Positions 12,641 to 25,544 of a DNA stretch of 64,000 nucleotides are shown here, in pieces. The stretch spans positions 2,591-66,590 of the forward strand of contig MU058039.1 in the NCBI GenBank assembly GCA_013265495.1, given 5' to 3'. Under the pieces are notes generated by a model. That model ran no database searches, was not told the DNA's origin, and saw only the letters and a list, made by a program, of their open reading frames with translations. Numbering within the stretch: the first letter of the stretch is position 1; the number at the start of each line of letters is the position of its first letter. A program made the position numbers and the translations under genes. The stretch is from Vicugna vicugna (Eukaryota).

Positions 12641-13211
12641 CCAGTGGCAATTCCTATCTGACCCATAGGCACTATGTGAAATAATGTTTATTGTTGGCTT
12701 AGGTAGGTAAATTTGGGGGTAATTTGTTATTTAGCAATAGATAATACAGTGTCTTGCTGGTCGCCAACATTCCAGGCACACTCCCTATTTTAGAGTCTTT
12801 GCATTTGCTGTTTCCTCAGCCTGGAAGTCTTTTGTGGACATAAGCATTATTAGGTCCCTGACTTTCTTCCGGTCCTTGTGCATAGCTTCCTTTTGAAGCC
12901 TTTCTGGCTTTCTATATCTAAAATTTTACTCCCCTTCTACTATTTTATGTACTCTTTCCCTGTTCATTTCTTGCTCATTGACAATGATCAGTTTCCCTTT
13001 CTGTCTGCTGTTGTACTCCAGTGCAAAGAGCAGTGTGTGGTTCATGGTAAGCACTTGTTATGCACTTGTGGCTCAATGGATATATTACTTCTAATTAGTG
13101 TTCAAGAACTCCCAGTGAGCACATCTAGAACCTGTGGCTCACTCAGATCTCTGTCGCAGCACATCACCTTCCTGAATTCTTCCTACTTTTCAATTCTATT
13201 TTCCTGGCAAA

Positions 13212-13790
13212 GTGGGTAGTCTCTAAGATGGCCCCCAATGATTTATACCTCCTAGAAGTCTGGAAAGGGGATTCCTCTTGTATAATTTCCTCTTCTTGAA
13301 TGTAGCTGGGACCTGTGACTTGCTTCTAACCAATAGAATACAGCAAAGGTGACAGGATGTCACTTGCACGATATTACATGAGTGTTACTTCTGTATTGGA
13401 AGCAGACTCTTTCCCTGATGTGAAGTTAGCTGCTACATTGTGAGCTGTACTTTGGAGAGGCCCATGTGGCAAGGAACTGAACGTAGCCTCTGGCCCATAG
13501 CCAGCATGAAATGGAGACCCTAAAATCCAAAATTTCACAAGGAACTGAGTTCTGCCAACAACCATGTGATCTTGGAAGCAGATCCTTCCCTAGTTGAGGA
13601 TCAGATGAAAGCACTGTTCTGACCAACACCTTGACTGTGGCCTTGTGAGACCCTGAACCAGAGGACCCAGCTAAACTGTGTCTGGACTCCTGACTCACAG
13701 AAACTGTGAGAGAACAAATGTATGTTGGTTTAAGCTACTCAATTTGTGATAATTTGTTAGGTAGCACTAGATAACTAACACACTTAGGTT
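13212..13790 (+). mobile_element. MaLR (MLT1-type) solo LTR
   Basis: 'aagatggcccccaatg', 'ggcccatgtggcaaggaactga', 'aaactgtgagagaacaaatgtatgttggtttaagctact' are typical MLT1 segments. Confidence 0.8.
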
Positions 13791-14029
13791 ACCAAAGCTA
13801 AAGATGAGTGTTAGCAAATGTCATAATTGTTTCTCATTAATATCTGTCCTGTGAGGAGGTTGCTTTGTTCAGAGCTAATGATTAGGGATGTGATTCATAT
13901 CAGAGGTCCACCCTTGTCTGACCATCAGAATTACTGAGGATGCTTAAACCCTCTGCCAGAGCTAATCATACAGAATCTATGGGGCTAATATGTATTGAAG
14001 GAAAAAAAAACCTCTCTGCAAAGTATCTT

Positions 14030-14790
14030 GCCAGAGATATTTAACTACAAAGGCAGAAATCTCAGCTTTAGAGTGGGGAGATCTGACACTGCGCACCTTA
14101 ACCAAATGATCGAGGTTAACATCACCAATAAGATTTATCACATGTGCCCTCTGATATGATGCACTGAAGCTGAATCACTTCTGTAATATTAATGCATAAC
14201 CCACTGAATCAAATCCAGACTGAGGGATATTCTACAAAATAACTGGCCAGTATTGTTCAAAAGTGGGTAAGTCATGAAAGACAAGAAAAGACTTAGGAAC
14301 TGTCATAGACTGGAGGATACTCAAGAGAAATAACAGGTAAATGCAATGTGGGAGCTGAACTGGATCTTGGACTTGATGAAGAGGATCAGTGGGAAGGGCT
14401 ATAGTTTAACTACTAGTGTATCAATGCTAATTTCCCCGTTTTGATAATTATACTATGGTTATATAAGATATTAATATTAGGGGAAGCTTTTGGAAGAGTT
14501 ATTTGGGAACTGTTTTGCAACTTTTTTTTTTTGTATCTAAAGAAAAATACAAATTTTATTTACAAACCAGAACTAGACTCATGGACACAGAAAACAAACT
14601 ACAGTTACCAAAGGGGAAAAGGGGGAGGGGAGGGATAAAATAGGAGTTTGGGATTAATAGATACACACCACCACATACAAAACAGACAAACAACAAGGAC
14701 CCACTGTATAGCAAAGGGAACCATATTCAATATCTTGTAATAAGCTATAATGGAAAATGCAACTTTCTCATAAATCAAAAATTATTTCAA
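14030..14790 (+). mobile_element. Old L1 3' fragment interrupted by a younger cetartiodactyl-type L1 3' UTR (~14535-14755)
   Basis: L1MC-like text plus 'ttatttacaaaccagaactagactcatggacacagaaaacaaactacagttaccaaagggg...aacaacaaggacccactgtatagc'. Confidence 0.65.
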
Positions 14791-15617
14791 AATAAAACCA
14801 GAACATCTCTCTACTTGAGGGGTTCTAAGTATTTCCTTTTGCTCTTTAGATCTACACATATTCTTTTACTCTGGTGATATTCCAAGTACCGAGCTAAGGG
14901 AAAGGCAATAGATCAGGCCAGCGTGCCATCTTGTCAGAAAATAAAAACATTTGCAAGGTTTCATGTATTTCAAAATGCTTTCCCCACTCCTTATTTTGTT
15001 TTTCAAATTACAAAAGTAATATGTTTGCAACAAGTAAAACAATACAAATATGTATAAAATAAACAACTACTTATATATTTCCCTTTCTTACCAGCATAAC
15101 CAGTGTTAACAAATTTTTTATTTCCTTCCACAATTTTCTTTGTTCATATAAACATACACATGCATATATACACATATAGGTTTTAATTTAAAAAAATAGA
15201 TTCATATACATTATTTGATTTGTTTTTCACTTAACAACATACCAGAAATATCTCCACAAATTAGTAGAGTTCTAGCTTCCCTGTCAAATTTCTTAATCAC
15301 ACACTTGACATATCATACTTGGTTCAGTTACTTACATATTTTTTCTTCTGGGTTTTCATTTTCCTTCTCTGACTCCCCAGTTACCCACCTGCATCACCCA
15401 TCTCCCCCCAGCCCAATGCATACTCTTCTATACTTTTCTCCATGCATGTAAAATCTTACACCAACATGTATGATACATGTTCACTCAAACACCTACAGTC
15501 ATTTTATAACTGATTTACAAAAAGTCATATTTTACACACTTCCACTTTTCTTTTTTCACTCAAGAAAACATTGCGGAATTCCATTCAAGTCCATTAGCGT
15601 AGTTTTAACTTGTCTAC

Positions 15618-15768
15618 CTTTTTTTCTTTTTTGGGGGGGAAGGTAATTAGGTGTGTTTGTTTGTTTGTTTGTTTATATATTTATTTATTTTTCTGTGTAA
15701 GTACTGGGGATTGAACCCAGGACCTCGTGCATGCTCGCACTCGACCACTGAGCTATGCCCTCCCCACC
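15618..15768 (-). mobile_element. tRNA-derived SINE (camelid Vic-1-like) with target-site duplication
   Basis: Reverse complement of ggggagggcatagctcagtggt...gaggtcctgggttcaatccccagtac...aaacctaattacc; flanked by tttaacttgtc(t/c)acc on both sides. Confidence 0.8.
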
Positions 15769-15789
15769 TTTAACTTGTCCACCTTAATG

Positions 15790-17900
15790 GCTATGTAAAC
15801 ATCCTATGGAATTGATACTAAAGTTCCTTCCCTCTTCCAATTTCCCTACCAATGTGCATTTATTTTGACTCTAGTGTTTTGGTTTTTTTTGCCACTAGGG
15901 ATAATTTCACAATAAATGGACATGTCTTTCATGTACCGGGGTTTTACTTCTAAGAGAAGATTCCCCAAAGTGGTGTAAGTATTTTAAGTTATAATAGATA
16001 TTGCCAGACTAATTCTCAAAAGCACTGTAACAATTCACAGTTTCTATGAGCAGTGTCTAAGAATATCCTTTGTTCTGACAACAAAAAGCATTCCTGCTCT
16101 TTTTTGTCAGCCTAATTGCATACTGTTCTCATTACAATTTTAATGTGCATCCCTCAACAACTACTGAAGTTAAACATTTTTTGATAGAGCCATCAGCCAC
16201 TTGAATTTGCTCTTCTCTCAACTGTCTATTCACATTCTTTGCCATGTTTTGCTGTTATCTTTTTCCTGTCAGTTTCAAGAAGACTTTTTCTCTGATTGGC
16301 TCTGCAAATATTTTCCCTAAATCATTGTTTATGTATTGGCTGCTGATGGCATCTTTTGCCATGCAAAGGAGAAATACAGTCAATTACTTTTTTTAACAGC
16401 TTTTCCATTGCCTGTGTGGATAAAGTTAATCCCCAGTTCCTAGATTGTGTACATGTAGTCTCCTTTCATTTTCTTTCAAGAATTTTATTGTTATTGAAAA
16501 ATTTAAACCCTGAGTCCACCTGGAATTTTTTTTTTTCATATGATTTGTGCTGTTGGTTCAACTTTACTTTCTGCCTGGTTAAAAAAGCCAGTTTTGCCAG
16601 AAGCCTTTTTAAATTAACAATTTCTTTCATCTATGGTTTGAAATTGCACTTTTTCCATACATGAAAAAGCTCATATACACTGAGTTCTATTCAGTATTTT
16701 CTGTTTTGTTCCTCTGATGCATTTATCTGCTCTTTTGCCAATACTATATTAATTTGATTAGAATGACTTCATGTTATAGTCTGACATTTGGTATGAAATT
16801 TTCTTTTTCATATTTTTCTTATCTAGATACTTAGGCATTTATTTTTCCATATGGAGTTTAAAGTCATTTCGCATAAATTAAAAAACAATCATTGAGATTT
16901 CATGTAATTCCAAAAGAACTGCATACAAATTATTAGATGTTTACAGAGAAAAATTCTTGATTTCTATGCCTTCTTAGAAAATTACCTTTTTAACTCAAAA
17001 AAAATCATTATTCTCTTCATTTATTGGTATACAGTCACATCATCAGCAAAAAGAAGTTTTACCTTTTCTTTCCCTTTGTTTAAACCAATTATTAAACTTT
17101 CTTTTTTTTAAATCAACTTCACTGGAAACTCCAAGATAATATTTATTAAAAATAGATGACAGTGGGCATCTATTAAACTGTTAAATTCTTGATTTTTATA
17201 AAATGGCTTCAGCACAATATATGCTGTGGGGTTTTGGTAAAGAAACTCTAAGCGATTATCATCTGTTATAATTTAATTTATATTTTATTACATTAGAAAT
17301 GTTTACAAATTCTATTAAATGCTTTGTCAGTGTCTACTGATAGCATCTCTTTTAAGCTGTTAATTTTACTGATATATTTTCTATTACTGCATTGGCTCTG
17401 CATTCTTGAAATAACTCGGTCATCATAAATATATATCATTCTTTAGGTATATTGCTAAATTCTATTTTCTATTATTTTAATTATAACTTTTGTTTCTACA
17501 TTCATGAGTAAGTCTGGTCTGGAATTTTGGTTTTTTCCAACTACTTTTATTTGGGCTTGTTGTTAAACTTATTCTGACATCATAAAATAAATTGGGGGGT
17601 CATAGTCTATGGGGTAAAATATTTTAAGTAACACTGGTATTACCCTCTTTAAAAGTTAAATAGAACAAATCATGAAATCATCTAGGCCTAGAGCATTTTC
17701 AATCATAAATCTTTAATTACTTTTCCAAATTCTCCAATGGTAATTGTTTCATCAAGTTTTCCACTACTTATTGCAATTTTCATAGCTTATGTTTTGCTGA
17801 AAAAGCATCTATTTCTTGTTTTAAAAATATGTTGATCTAGAGTTACATGAAATACCTTTTACCATTCTTTCAGTCACATCTTTATCTGTGATTATGTTTT
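15790..17900 (-). mobile_element. Highly degraded old LINE-1 (L1ME-like)
   Basis: Long T-rich tract with residual antisense L1 ORF2 motifs, e.g. 'gtatacagtcacatcatcagcaaa', 'gtgggcatct', 'catctaggcctagag'. Confidence 0.55.
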
Positions 17901-18832
17901 CTTGTTCATTCTGGATCAGGCATTCTTATAGGGAGGCAAGTCTTGAACAATGTAGCCATTTGTTTTCTTATATAGATTACATACATACCTCATTCAGGGA
18001 AGTGGGCTTTGAATTGGAATGATGTAAAAACTTGGGATTTAGTGTCCAGGACATTCAAAGAGAAATTGATAGGGAAGAAAAGTGGATGTGGCCAACTTAA
18101 ATTGCAGGAAAAAAAAAAACAAAGGACTTCTCCTTCATTGATCTGTGCATGAAACATTACTGAATTATAAGACTCATAAAAAGTGTCTCTCCTACTAATT
18201 TGCGGCAGGCATTTTAAGCAAGACTAAGAAAACAGGAGTAGTGCACAATATACTAGGGCTATGCTCCTTTTTTGTTGTTAAATAATGAGTGTGCTGAGTC
18301 ATCAAGTTGACAGCATTTTGTTCACTGTCAGGTTGTGAAACTATTCCTTAGCTTTGCCTTTTCAAGATGAATAAAGGCAAAACAAATAACTTATTTGAAT
18401 TATTTATTATTTTAGTTAATAATATATTTATATATTAAAATAATAAAGACAAAGTAAGTGCCTTTTTAACATTAAAAACATTTAATCAAGTTTTTGGCTA
18501 ACTTAACAAAAGCCATTAAAAACATTACTTTATTATTCAGAAAAGGGCCAAACAACAAACCTCTACTTTTCTTCATATATATTTTGTATTTTATCATTCC
18601 ATTAATATATTTTTAAACTTTAATAAGCCAGAGTGACCAGGTTTATGTATTATAAAGTATTTTCTGTAATCTTTTATATAAAATTTTCTATCACAATTGG
18701 AGAATGACTTGCCTTATGGTAAAACACTTGGTTCAAATTCACCAAATCAGTAAGATTTCTCCTAAGGAAGAATTCCTCCACACATAATGAAACAGGATAT
18801 CTTACTCAAGGCTTTCCGACAATTCTTAGGTT

Positions 18833-19788
18833 TTAATTCCTATAAGCATTCTTCCTAGCATGAATTTTCTGATGTCTGCTGAGGTTTGGCTTCTGGTAGA
18901 AAGCTTTGCCACATTCACTGCATCCATAGGGTTTTTCTCCTGTGTGAGTTCTCCAGTGTTTATTGAGGCATGACTTCTGACTGAAGGATTTTCCACATTC
19001 TCTGCAACGATAGGGCCTTTCTCCTGTGTGTATTTTTCGATGTACATTGAGGTATGACTTCTCGCCAAATGACTTCCCACATTCATTGCACACAAAGGGT
19101 CTCTCGCCTGTATGTGTTCTCTGATGTTCTCTGCGGTGTGACTTCTGGGTGAAGGCCTTCCCACAAAAAAAACACTCAAAGGGTCTTATCCCAGTGTGTA
19201 TTCTCTGGTGTTTAATGAGGGTTGACTTATGTGAGAAGGCTTTCCCACAGTCAGTGCATCCATATGGCTTCTCCCCAGTGTGACTTCTCTGATGCCTAAT
19301 GAATTCAGACTTGTAGCAGAAGGCTTTCCCGCACTCAGTACAGACGTGGGGTTTCTCTGTAGGTGGAACTCTCTTACGTTTGTACACAAGAGAACTGGTG
19401 ACTGCTGGTTTATACATAAGTGCTGGGTTATGGCTGAAAGCTTTCTCACAATGACTGCATTCCCAGAGCTTTTCTCCATTAGGTTGTCTGTCATGCTTTG
19501 TATGTTGTAACAGTTTCCCATATCCATAGCATTCATCTTGCTTTTTTGAATAGTTTCTCTTAAAACCATTCAAGTCTAAATTATGGTTCAAACTTTTCCC
19601 GCAAGGGTCCCTGTTATTGGGATTTTGAATTGAAGGGAAAAGATCAGTGCTCAGATGTGATACTTTCCCAAACTTACCATGTTCATGGTTTCTTTCCTTG
19701 GGCAGTGTTTTCTTGCTGATGAATGTACTTTGCCTCAAAAATGCATCTTGCCGTCTTTTCCTCTGGACGTTAACTTGCCAAATGTTTT
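18833..19788 (-). CDS. ZNF793: ZNF793 final coding exon (spacer plus 6 C2H2 zinc fingers)
   Basis: Acceptor tttctctag| at 19789; phase 1 gives ENIWQVNVQRKRRQD. Contains [41 protein letters not shown] and HARKNAYRN, as I recall them for human ZNF793. Stop TAA at 18833-18835. Confidence 0.93.
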
Positions 19789-20039
19789 CTAGAGAAAGTA
19801 CAGCAAATCTTTATGAATCTGTTATTATGATCTGGAATTAAACTGCTAGAGAAATGCCATCAAAATTTAAGGGGTGCACAGTACATGAATAGAGAGCATG
19901 AATCATAACTAAAATCACCCATGCAGGGAAGAGCGTCATATGAATAGAGAATAGAGATTCAGGAACTGGCATGGATGCAATGGAATGTGTCATAGAGTAT
20001 AGAGAGAAATAATCTTAAAGAAGAGGGGATATTATAGCA

Positions 20040-20235
20040 AAAATGTTCTTAAAAGATCAGAGAGTAAGTATGTCAGGTATTAGGGGCCATATTGCCTTGG
20101 TCACAATTACTTAACCTTCCCATTGTATGGTGGGAACACAGACAGTAAGAAAATGTAAGGGTGCAGCTGTGTTCCAATAAAACTTTATTCACAAAACCAG
20201 GTGGCTAACCTACAGGCCATAGTTTGCTGGTCTCT
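20040..20235. mobile_element. MER58-like hAT DNA transposon
   Basis: 'gctgtgttccaataaaactttattcacaaaa...ggccatagtttgc'. Confidence 0.65.
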
Positions 20236-21769
20236 GTTATGGAGGAAAGGGGGCTAAAGGTCACATAACACCTTGTTACTGAACATGTGGTTCTCAATGG
20301 TCAACTTCAGCCTCATCTGGGAACTTGATGTTGATAGATATGAAGAATCTTGGGCTGTATTCCCAGACCTACAGAGTCAAAATCTGCATTTTAACAAATT
20401 GCCCAGATGCTTCTTATCATATTAAGAGTTTGACGAGCACTGTTACAGCAGTCGGAAAGTTTACCATGTTGAGCTGGTTAGTAATAATATAAATGGCAAG
20501 GGCTCTAAGATGATCTAGATAAAAGCAGGAATCAACAAAGCTAACTAGAATTTAAAGCAAAAGCTCTTAACTTGGTAGACAGAAATCTGGGAGCTATGAA
20601 TTTGTATAGGGGGAAAAAATTACACCTTTATTTTCACTAAGGTCTAACCACAATTGAGCATTTCTTTTGATTATGAATTGAGCAACCAAACACAGTAGTA
20701 TTAAGTCTTGTAACTTTGTACTAGTTTGGGAATATGGTATGTTCATGTTACATTATAGTTGTGGAAGATTTCCCAAAATATTTTCACAATCATCTCTACC
20801 TGAGATCATGACAGTTATTAGACATGATGCCAGATCTCATTTAATGTGTAAAAAAGGAGGTACACCTGCTAGTATCACTAATATCATTAATATTTTTAAA
20901 ATACTTTGATATTGCATTTTCTAACTTTATTTCAATAACTATTGTATTTAAGTAATTTCTTCTATAATCTTATGGATTTTATTTTATTTTTATATGTAAA
21001 AAAGGGGTCTATTAGGCTTCCCCAGAATGCTTAAAAGTTCCATGGCTAAGAACCCCTGACTTACAGATATTCAAGAATGAGATAATCTGGGTTCAATTTT
21101 AGGAGACGTCAGTGGAAAATGCAAAGTAGTGAGGAAGATTTAAAGTCATTTCTCAAAGGAAAAACAACAAAACTAGCACATATGCATAGAACAATCAGAG
21201 ACGGTGACAGAGACAGAAGATTCAGAATAAGCACATGGTAGCAAAGCTCTGGAATGAAAAGGTGAGGTATGTGTGTGCGTGCACTTTGTGTGTGTGTGGT
21301 GGAGGGGTGGTAGCAAGGAGTGAGGATGACTTCAGTTTCTGTCCTTCAAAATACAGGGATAAGTGGACACAAGTGTGGAGATGACCCACTGGTTGGTAAG
21401 ATGAGGGGAAGGGGCCCTAGGTGGTACAAGGGGGACAAAAGGAGGCAAAATGGCAAAGAGGCCAAGTTGTGAGCATCGTATGGTCTCCAAATGGATGACT
21501 TCTTTGTGGGACTTACACCACGAAGAGAATCAGGGTTGGAAAACAGAAAATGGAGCCGTCTCTGGGAAGGAAAAGGCTGGGCTGCAACCAGGGAGAGAGG
21601 ATACAGAGCACTGAGACAGGAGGACTGACTACATCCCCCCCCCCCCAGTTATTATATAAAATTCTTGAAAGAGGGCAAAGAAAAGCAGCTGACAGCCAGG
21701 TTACAATGGTTTCAGGAAAGCTGATGAACATACAGCAAAATACACCTCAGAAGGCACCAGAGTGTGACG

Positions 21770-22000
21770 GTGAAGAATACTGGTTCAAGAGCCTGACAAC
21801 CTGAGTTCAAATCCCCATTTGGTTCCTTACTTTCTTATATTCTTAGACAAGTTTTGTAACCTTTCTGTGATTGTTTCCTCATTTGTCAATGAGGTAATAA
21901 GGCTGGATACCTCCCCTAGGTGTTGGAAGGGTTGAATGAGTTGACAGCCGTAAAGGACGGAGAACAGAGCTGGCACACAGTGAGCACGCTGAGTGCTGGC
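21770..22000 (+). mobile_element. MIR SINE
   Basis: 'cctgagttcaaatccc...gtttcctcatttgtcaatgagg...agaacagagctggcacacagtgag'. Confidence 0.7.
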
Positions 22001-22902
22001 CAGTCCTTCTGATGCCATTGCTGCTACTACTACTAATCAGTGAAAGCTGGATGGTGGTAATCTCAAAGACGTTATTTTGGGGAGAAGCATGAAAATGACT
22101 TAAATGTTTCTGGGGTTTACATAATATTTAATTCAATGATGTGATTACAACACTAACTATAAGTGGCATAAAGAGATCTGGGAACAGATGGCACTGACTC
22201 TTCTTGCTAAGCCCACAACTCTCGTGGAGAAGTGGAAGTCCAGAGGCAACCTAAAGAGTGGACTACTAACACTCCGGGTACCAGGGTACTGTTGAGACAT
22301 TTTATAGGGCTGATGGGAGAGGCGCAGTTATTCTGAATATTCAGTAGAAGTAGTTGGGAGAGGGGCAGTTATTCTGAATATTCAATAGAAGTAGTTAAGA
22401 AAGGCCAAGCGCAGCCATCTCCTTCCCTACCCAATGATCCCTGGTCACCTCCTGGAATCCACTGCTTCCTCCTCTGTGACTTAAGGAAATTAAGGGGCTG
22501 AGGGATAATATAAGGGATTAAGGAAAGGATGGGGAGTGAGACTGTGGGCATAGCAGGCGGGTCTGAGGCATTTTACCTAGAAACTGTTAGAAAAGAAAAC
22601 AGTAAGAGACCAGCAAGAATGGGCTAATCATAGAAACTTATTTGTAAGAATGCCTGACTATGAAAGAGAAGGTGAACCTTTAACTTTAAGAGAGACCAAG
22701 GATTCTGGACAGAGATGGAGCAAGCACACAGGGAGGTGGGACACATGGAGACTGAAGGGTTACCAAGAAGGCTGAAGCTCTCAAAGAAACGTCTCCAGCT
22801 GCTTTTTTAAAGCTCTAAGGCTTTTAAGAGCTGGACCCTGAACCAAATTCCAATGGTACCAGCCTCCCACAGTACCTCTTTAGCTGGATTTATCATACTT
22901 AC

Positions 22903-22998
22903 CACGACAGTGGCAGCCTGGGCATGCCGCCTCACAGATCCATGGTGCTTCTTCCTGCTCCAGCCTGAGGATCACATATGGTTTGGTGCCTTCATAAC
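22903..22998 (-). CDS. ZNF793: ZNF793 KRAB-B exon (96 nt)
   Basis: ggaacag|GT TAT GAA...CGT G|gtaagt; translates GYEGTKPYVILRLEQEEAPWICEAACPGCHCR; 96 nt is a typical KRAB-B exon size. Confidence 0.93.
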
Positions 22999-23481
22999 CT
23001 GTTCCAAGGAAATGATCCAGGCCTTAGGCTGAGCTCCTTGGTCTTCAGGGCCATTCAGGCAGCATGAAAGGCTGAGCAACAGACAGTATACTTGGGAGGA
23101 GACTGTACACACCTTGTCCAGAACTCAAAAGGAATTAGTCATCCGAGATCACTGCAACTCAAGTCAAGCTCACTGAGGCAGCACATGTAAGGGTTAAGAA
23201 GGCAAAGTGTGCAGCTAGATTGCTGGAGTTCAAATCCTGCTCTGGCCTTGCTGCATACTGAATGGGTGACACTGGGCAGTTAATCCACCTCTCTGCCTCG
23301 GTCCCCAAATGTGTAAAACAGTGGTACCAATGGTACTTACCTCATAAGGCTCCTATGATGATTACATGAGTTAACATTTTGGAAGTATCTGGCACATAGG
23401 AAGTATTTGATACTTGAGAGGTTCTGGGCACTTCAGTTACCTTTAGCAACTAAAAAGGGAAAGGTGGTCATTCAAGCATCA

Positions 23482-23706
<225 letters not shown>

Positions 23707-24729
23707 TTATAATGTTGACAGGTCAGACCTTATTACGATCATTTATCTACGATGCCTTTTATATTCCTGGCTCTGGGCAACATATGGTGGGACTGGAAGC
23801 TATTGTCATTTACACTTTGGGTCAACACATATTGACTGAAGACTCACAGTGTGTCTGACCCAGTGCTGGTTGCTGGGGACACAGTCACGGATGGCTCCTG
23901 ACCTCAAGGAGCTCACAGCCTGGGAGAGAAAGCAATATGTAAAGCCATCAGGGTGAAAGGGTAAGAGCTAGGATGGCAGGACATCTGGGCTACGGCACGC
24001 AGAGAGGTGAATCGTCCATTACATTTTTCAGGCTTCAGAGCCCAGGGTATGTGCAGCTGAGCCTTGTCTGCAGGAAGATGGAGAAACTGCCTTCCCTGCA
24101 GAGGGAGCAGCATGAACCAAGGCCTGGGGCCAAATAGTGATCTTAAGGACGGCCAATCACTCAGCTACAGGGGAGCATACAGAGGCTGGTGAGACGATGT
24201 ACTTAAGACAATAAGACATCAATAAAGGGAGAAGTATGTGTAGAAAGCCCATTCTAGAAGGCATGTGGTGAGTTTCTTGCATTCTGTGTCAAGCGGTACA
24301 ATGGTAACTGTAAGCAGACTGTACACCGTATCCCTAGAGTAACCACTGTAATAGCGAAGAGGTGTCCTGAAGTAAATAAACGGAATTCTAAAAAATGTCC
24401 AATTAATCCACACAAACACACACACACACATAAGAGAAAAGAAACAGTGAAACAAAAGTAGATGGGAGACATACAGAGCTAAATACAAAAAAGATAGATA
24501 TAAATCCAACCATAGGTTACATCATTATATTTATATTAAATATAATTAATTATATTTATAGTAAACTATTATACAGTTTATCTATATTTATATAATTTAT
24601 ATTTATATAATTTAATTATATTTATATTAAACTATATTAAATTATAAGGTTATTTAACACATGACTAACACTCCACTTTATAAGCCTAAACTGTAAAGCA
24701 AATCAGCCTCTTTTTTTTTTAATTATAGT

Positions 24730-24866
24730 TTTTTTGGGGGAGGAGGGAAGGGAGAAGTAATTAGGTTTATTTATTTATATATTTTATTGGAGGTACTGGG
24801 ATTAAACCCAGGACCTTGTGAATGCTAGGCATGCACTCTATCACTGAGCTATACCCTCCCTCCCCC
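24730..24866 (-). mobile_element. tRNA-derived SINE (Vic-1-like)
   Basis: 'gtaattaggtttatttattt...ggtactgggattaaacccaggacc...actgagctataccctcc'. Confidence 0.8.
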
Positions 24867-25544
24867 AACGAACACTCCAAAAGGGCAGAGATTAGGTAAA
24901 GTCTAATTACACTGGATTTTAAAAAAAGCAATGCTGCCTGCAAGAGATACAAAACTCACAGAGTCTGAAAGTGAATGGATGGGAAGAGAAATGTGACAGG
25001 TGACCTGGAGGGAAAGGAAAGGAAAGACTCACTCATATCCCAGGTGGAAAGTGAGGTTCACAAGTGGGATGTTAACAGTAAGACAGAGAAAAACCACTGT
25101 AAAGAAGAGCAGAACCTGTACCTTAACTGGTTGTGGGGTGAAGAGAGCATAAGGGTAACACCCTTAAGGCAACTGGGTGACCGTGCTGATGAAGTGGAGT
25201 CAAGAAAAACAGCAGAAGCAAAGAGGGCGTCGTACTCAAGCTGTGTGAGCCATCAGCCCAGAAGTGGTAGCTAAAGTTGTCACACGGTGCGGGATCCGCC
25301 TGCGAGGAGACAAGAGGAGCCAAGTGCTCAGGCCAGAGCCACGAGGGACACTCATATGTAAGAGGCCAACAGCAGAAGAGTTCAGCGGGAGACCCAGAGG
25401 CGCAATTGTGGAAAGGAGGCTTCCCAGCCCAGCAATCCTCTGGTTTGGGGCACAGAGAACAAATTCTCCAAAGAGCCCAGTGCCCTGGGACCCTGCTGCT
25501 GAGGGAGACCCACCGCTACTAACCTAAGAAGGCACCTGGGATAT

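Noticed and set aside
24500..24660. AT-only low-complexity tracts (also 56200-56440)
   Set aside because: Simple (TA)-rich degenerate sequence; no further structure evident.
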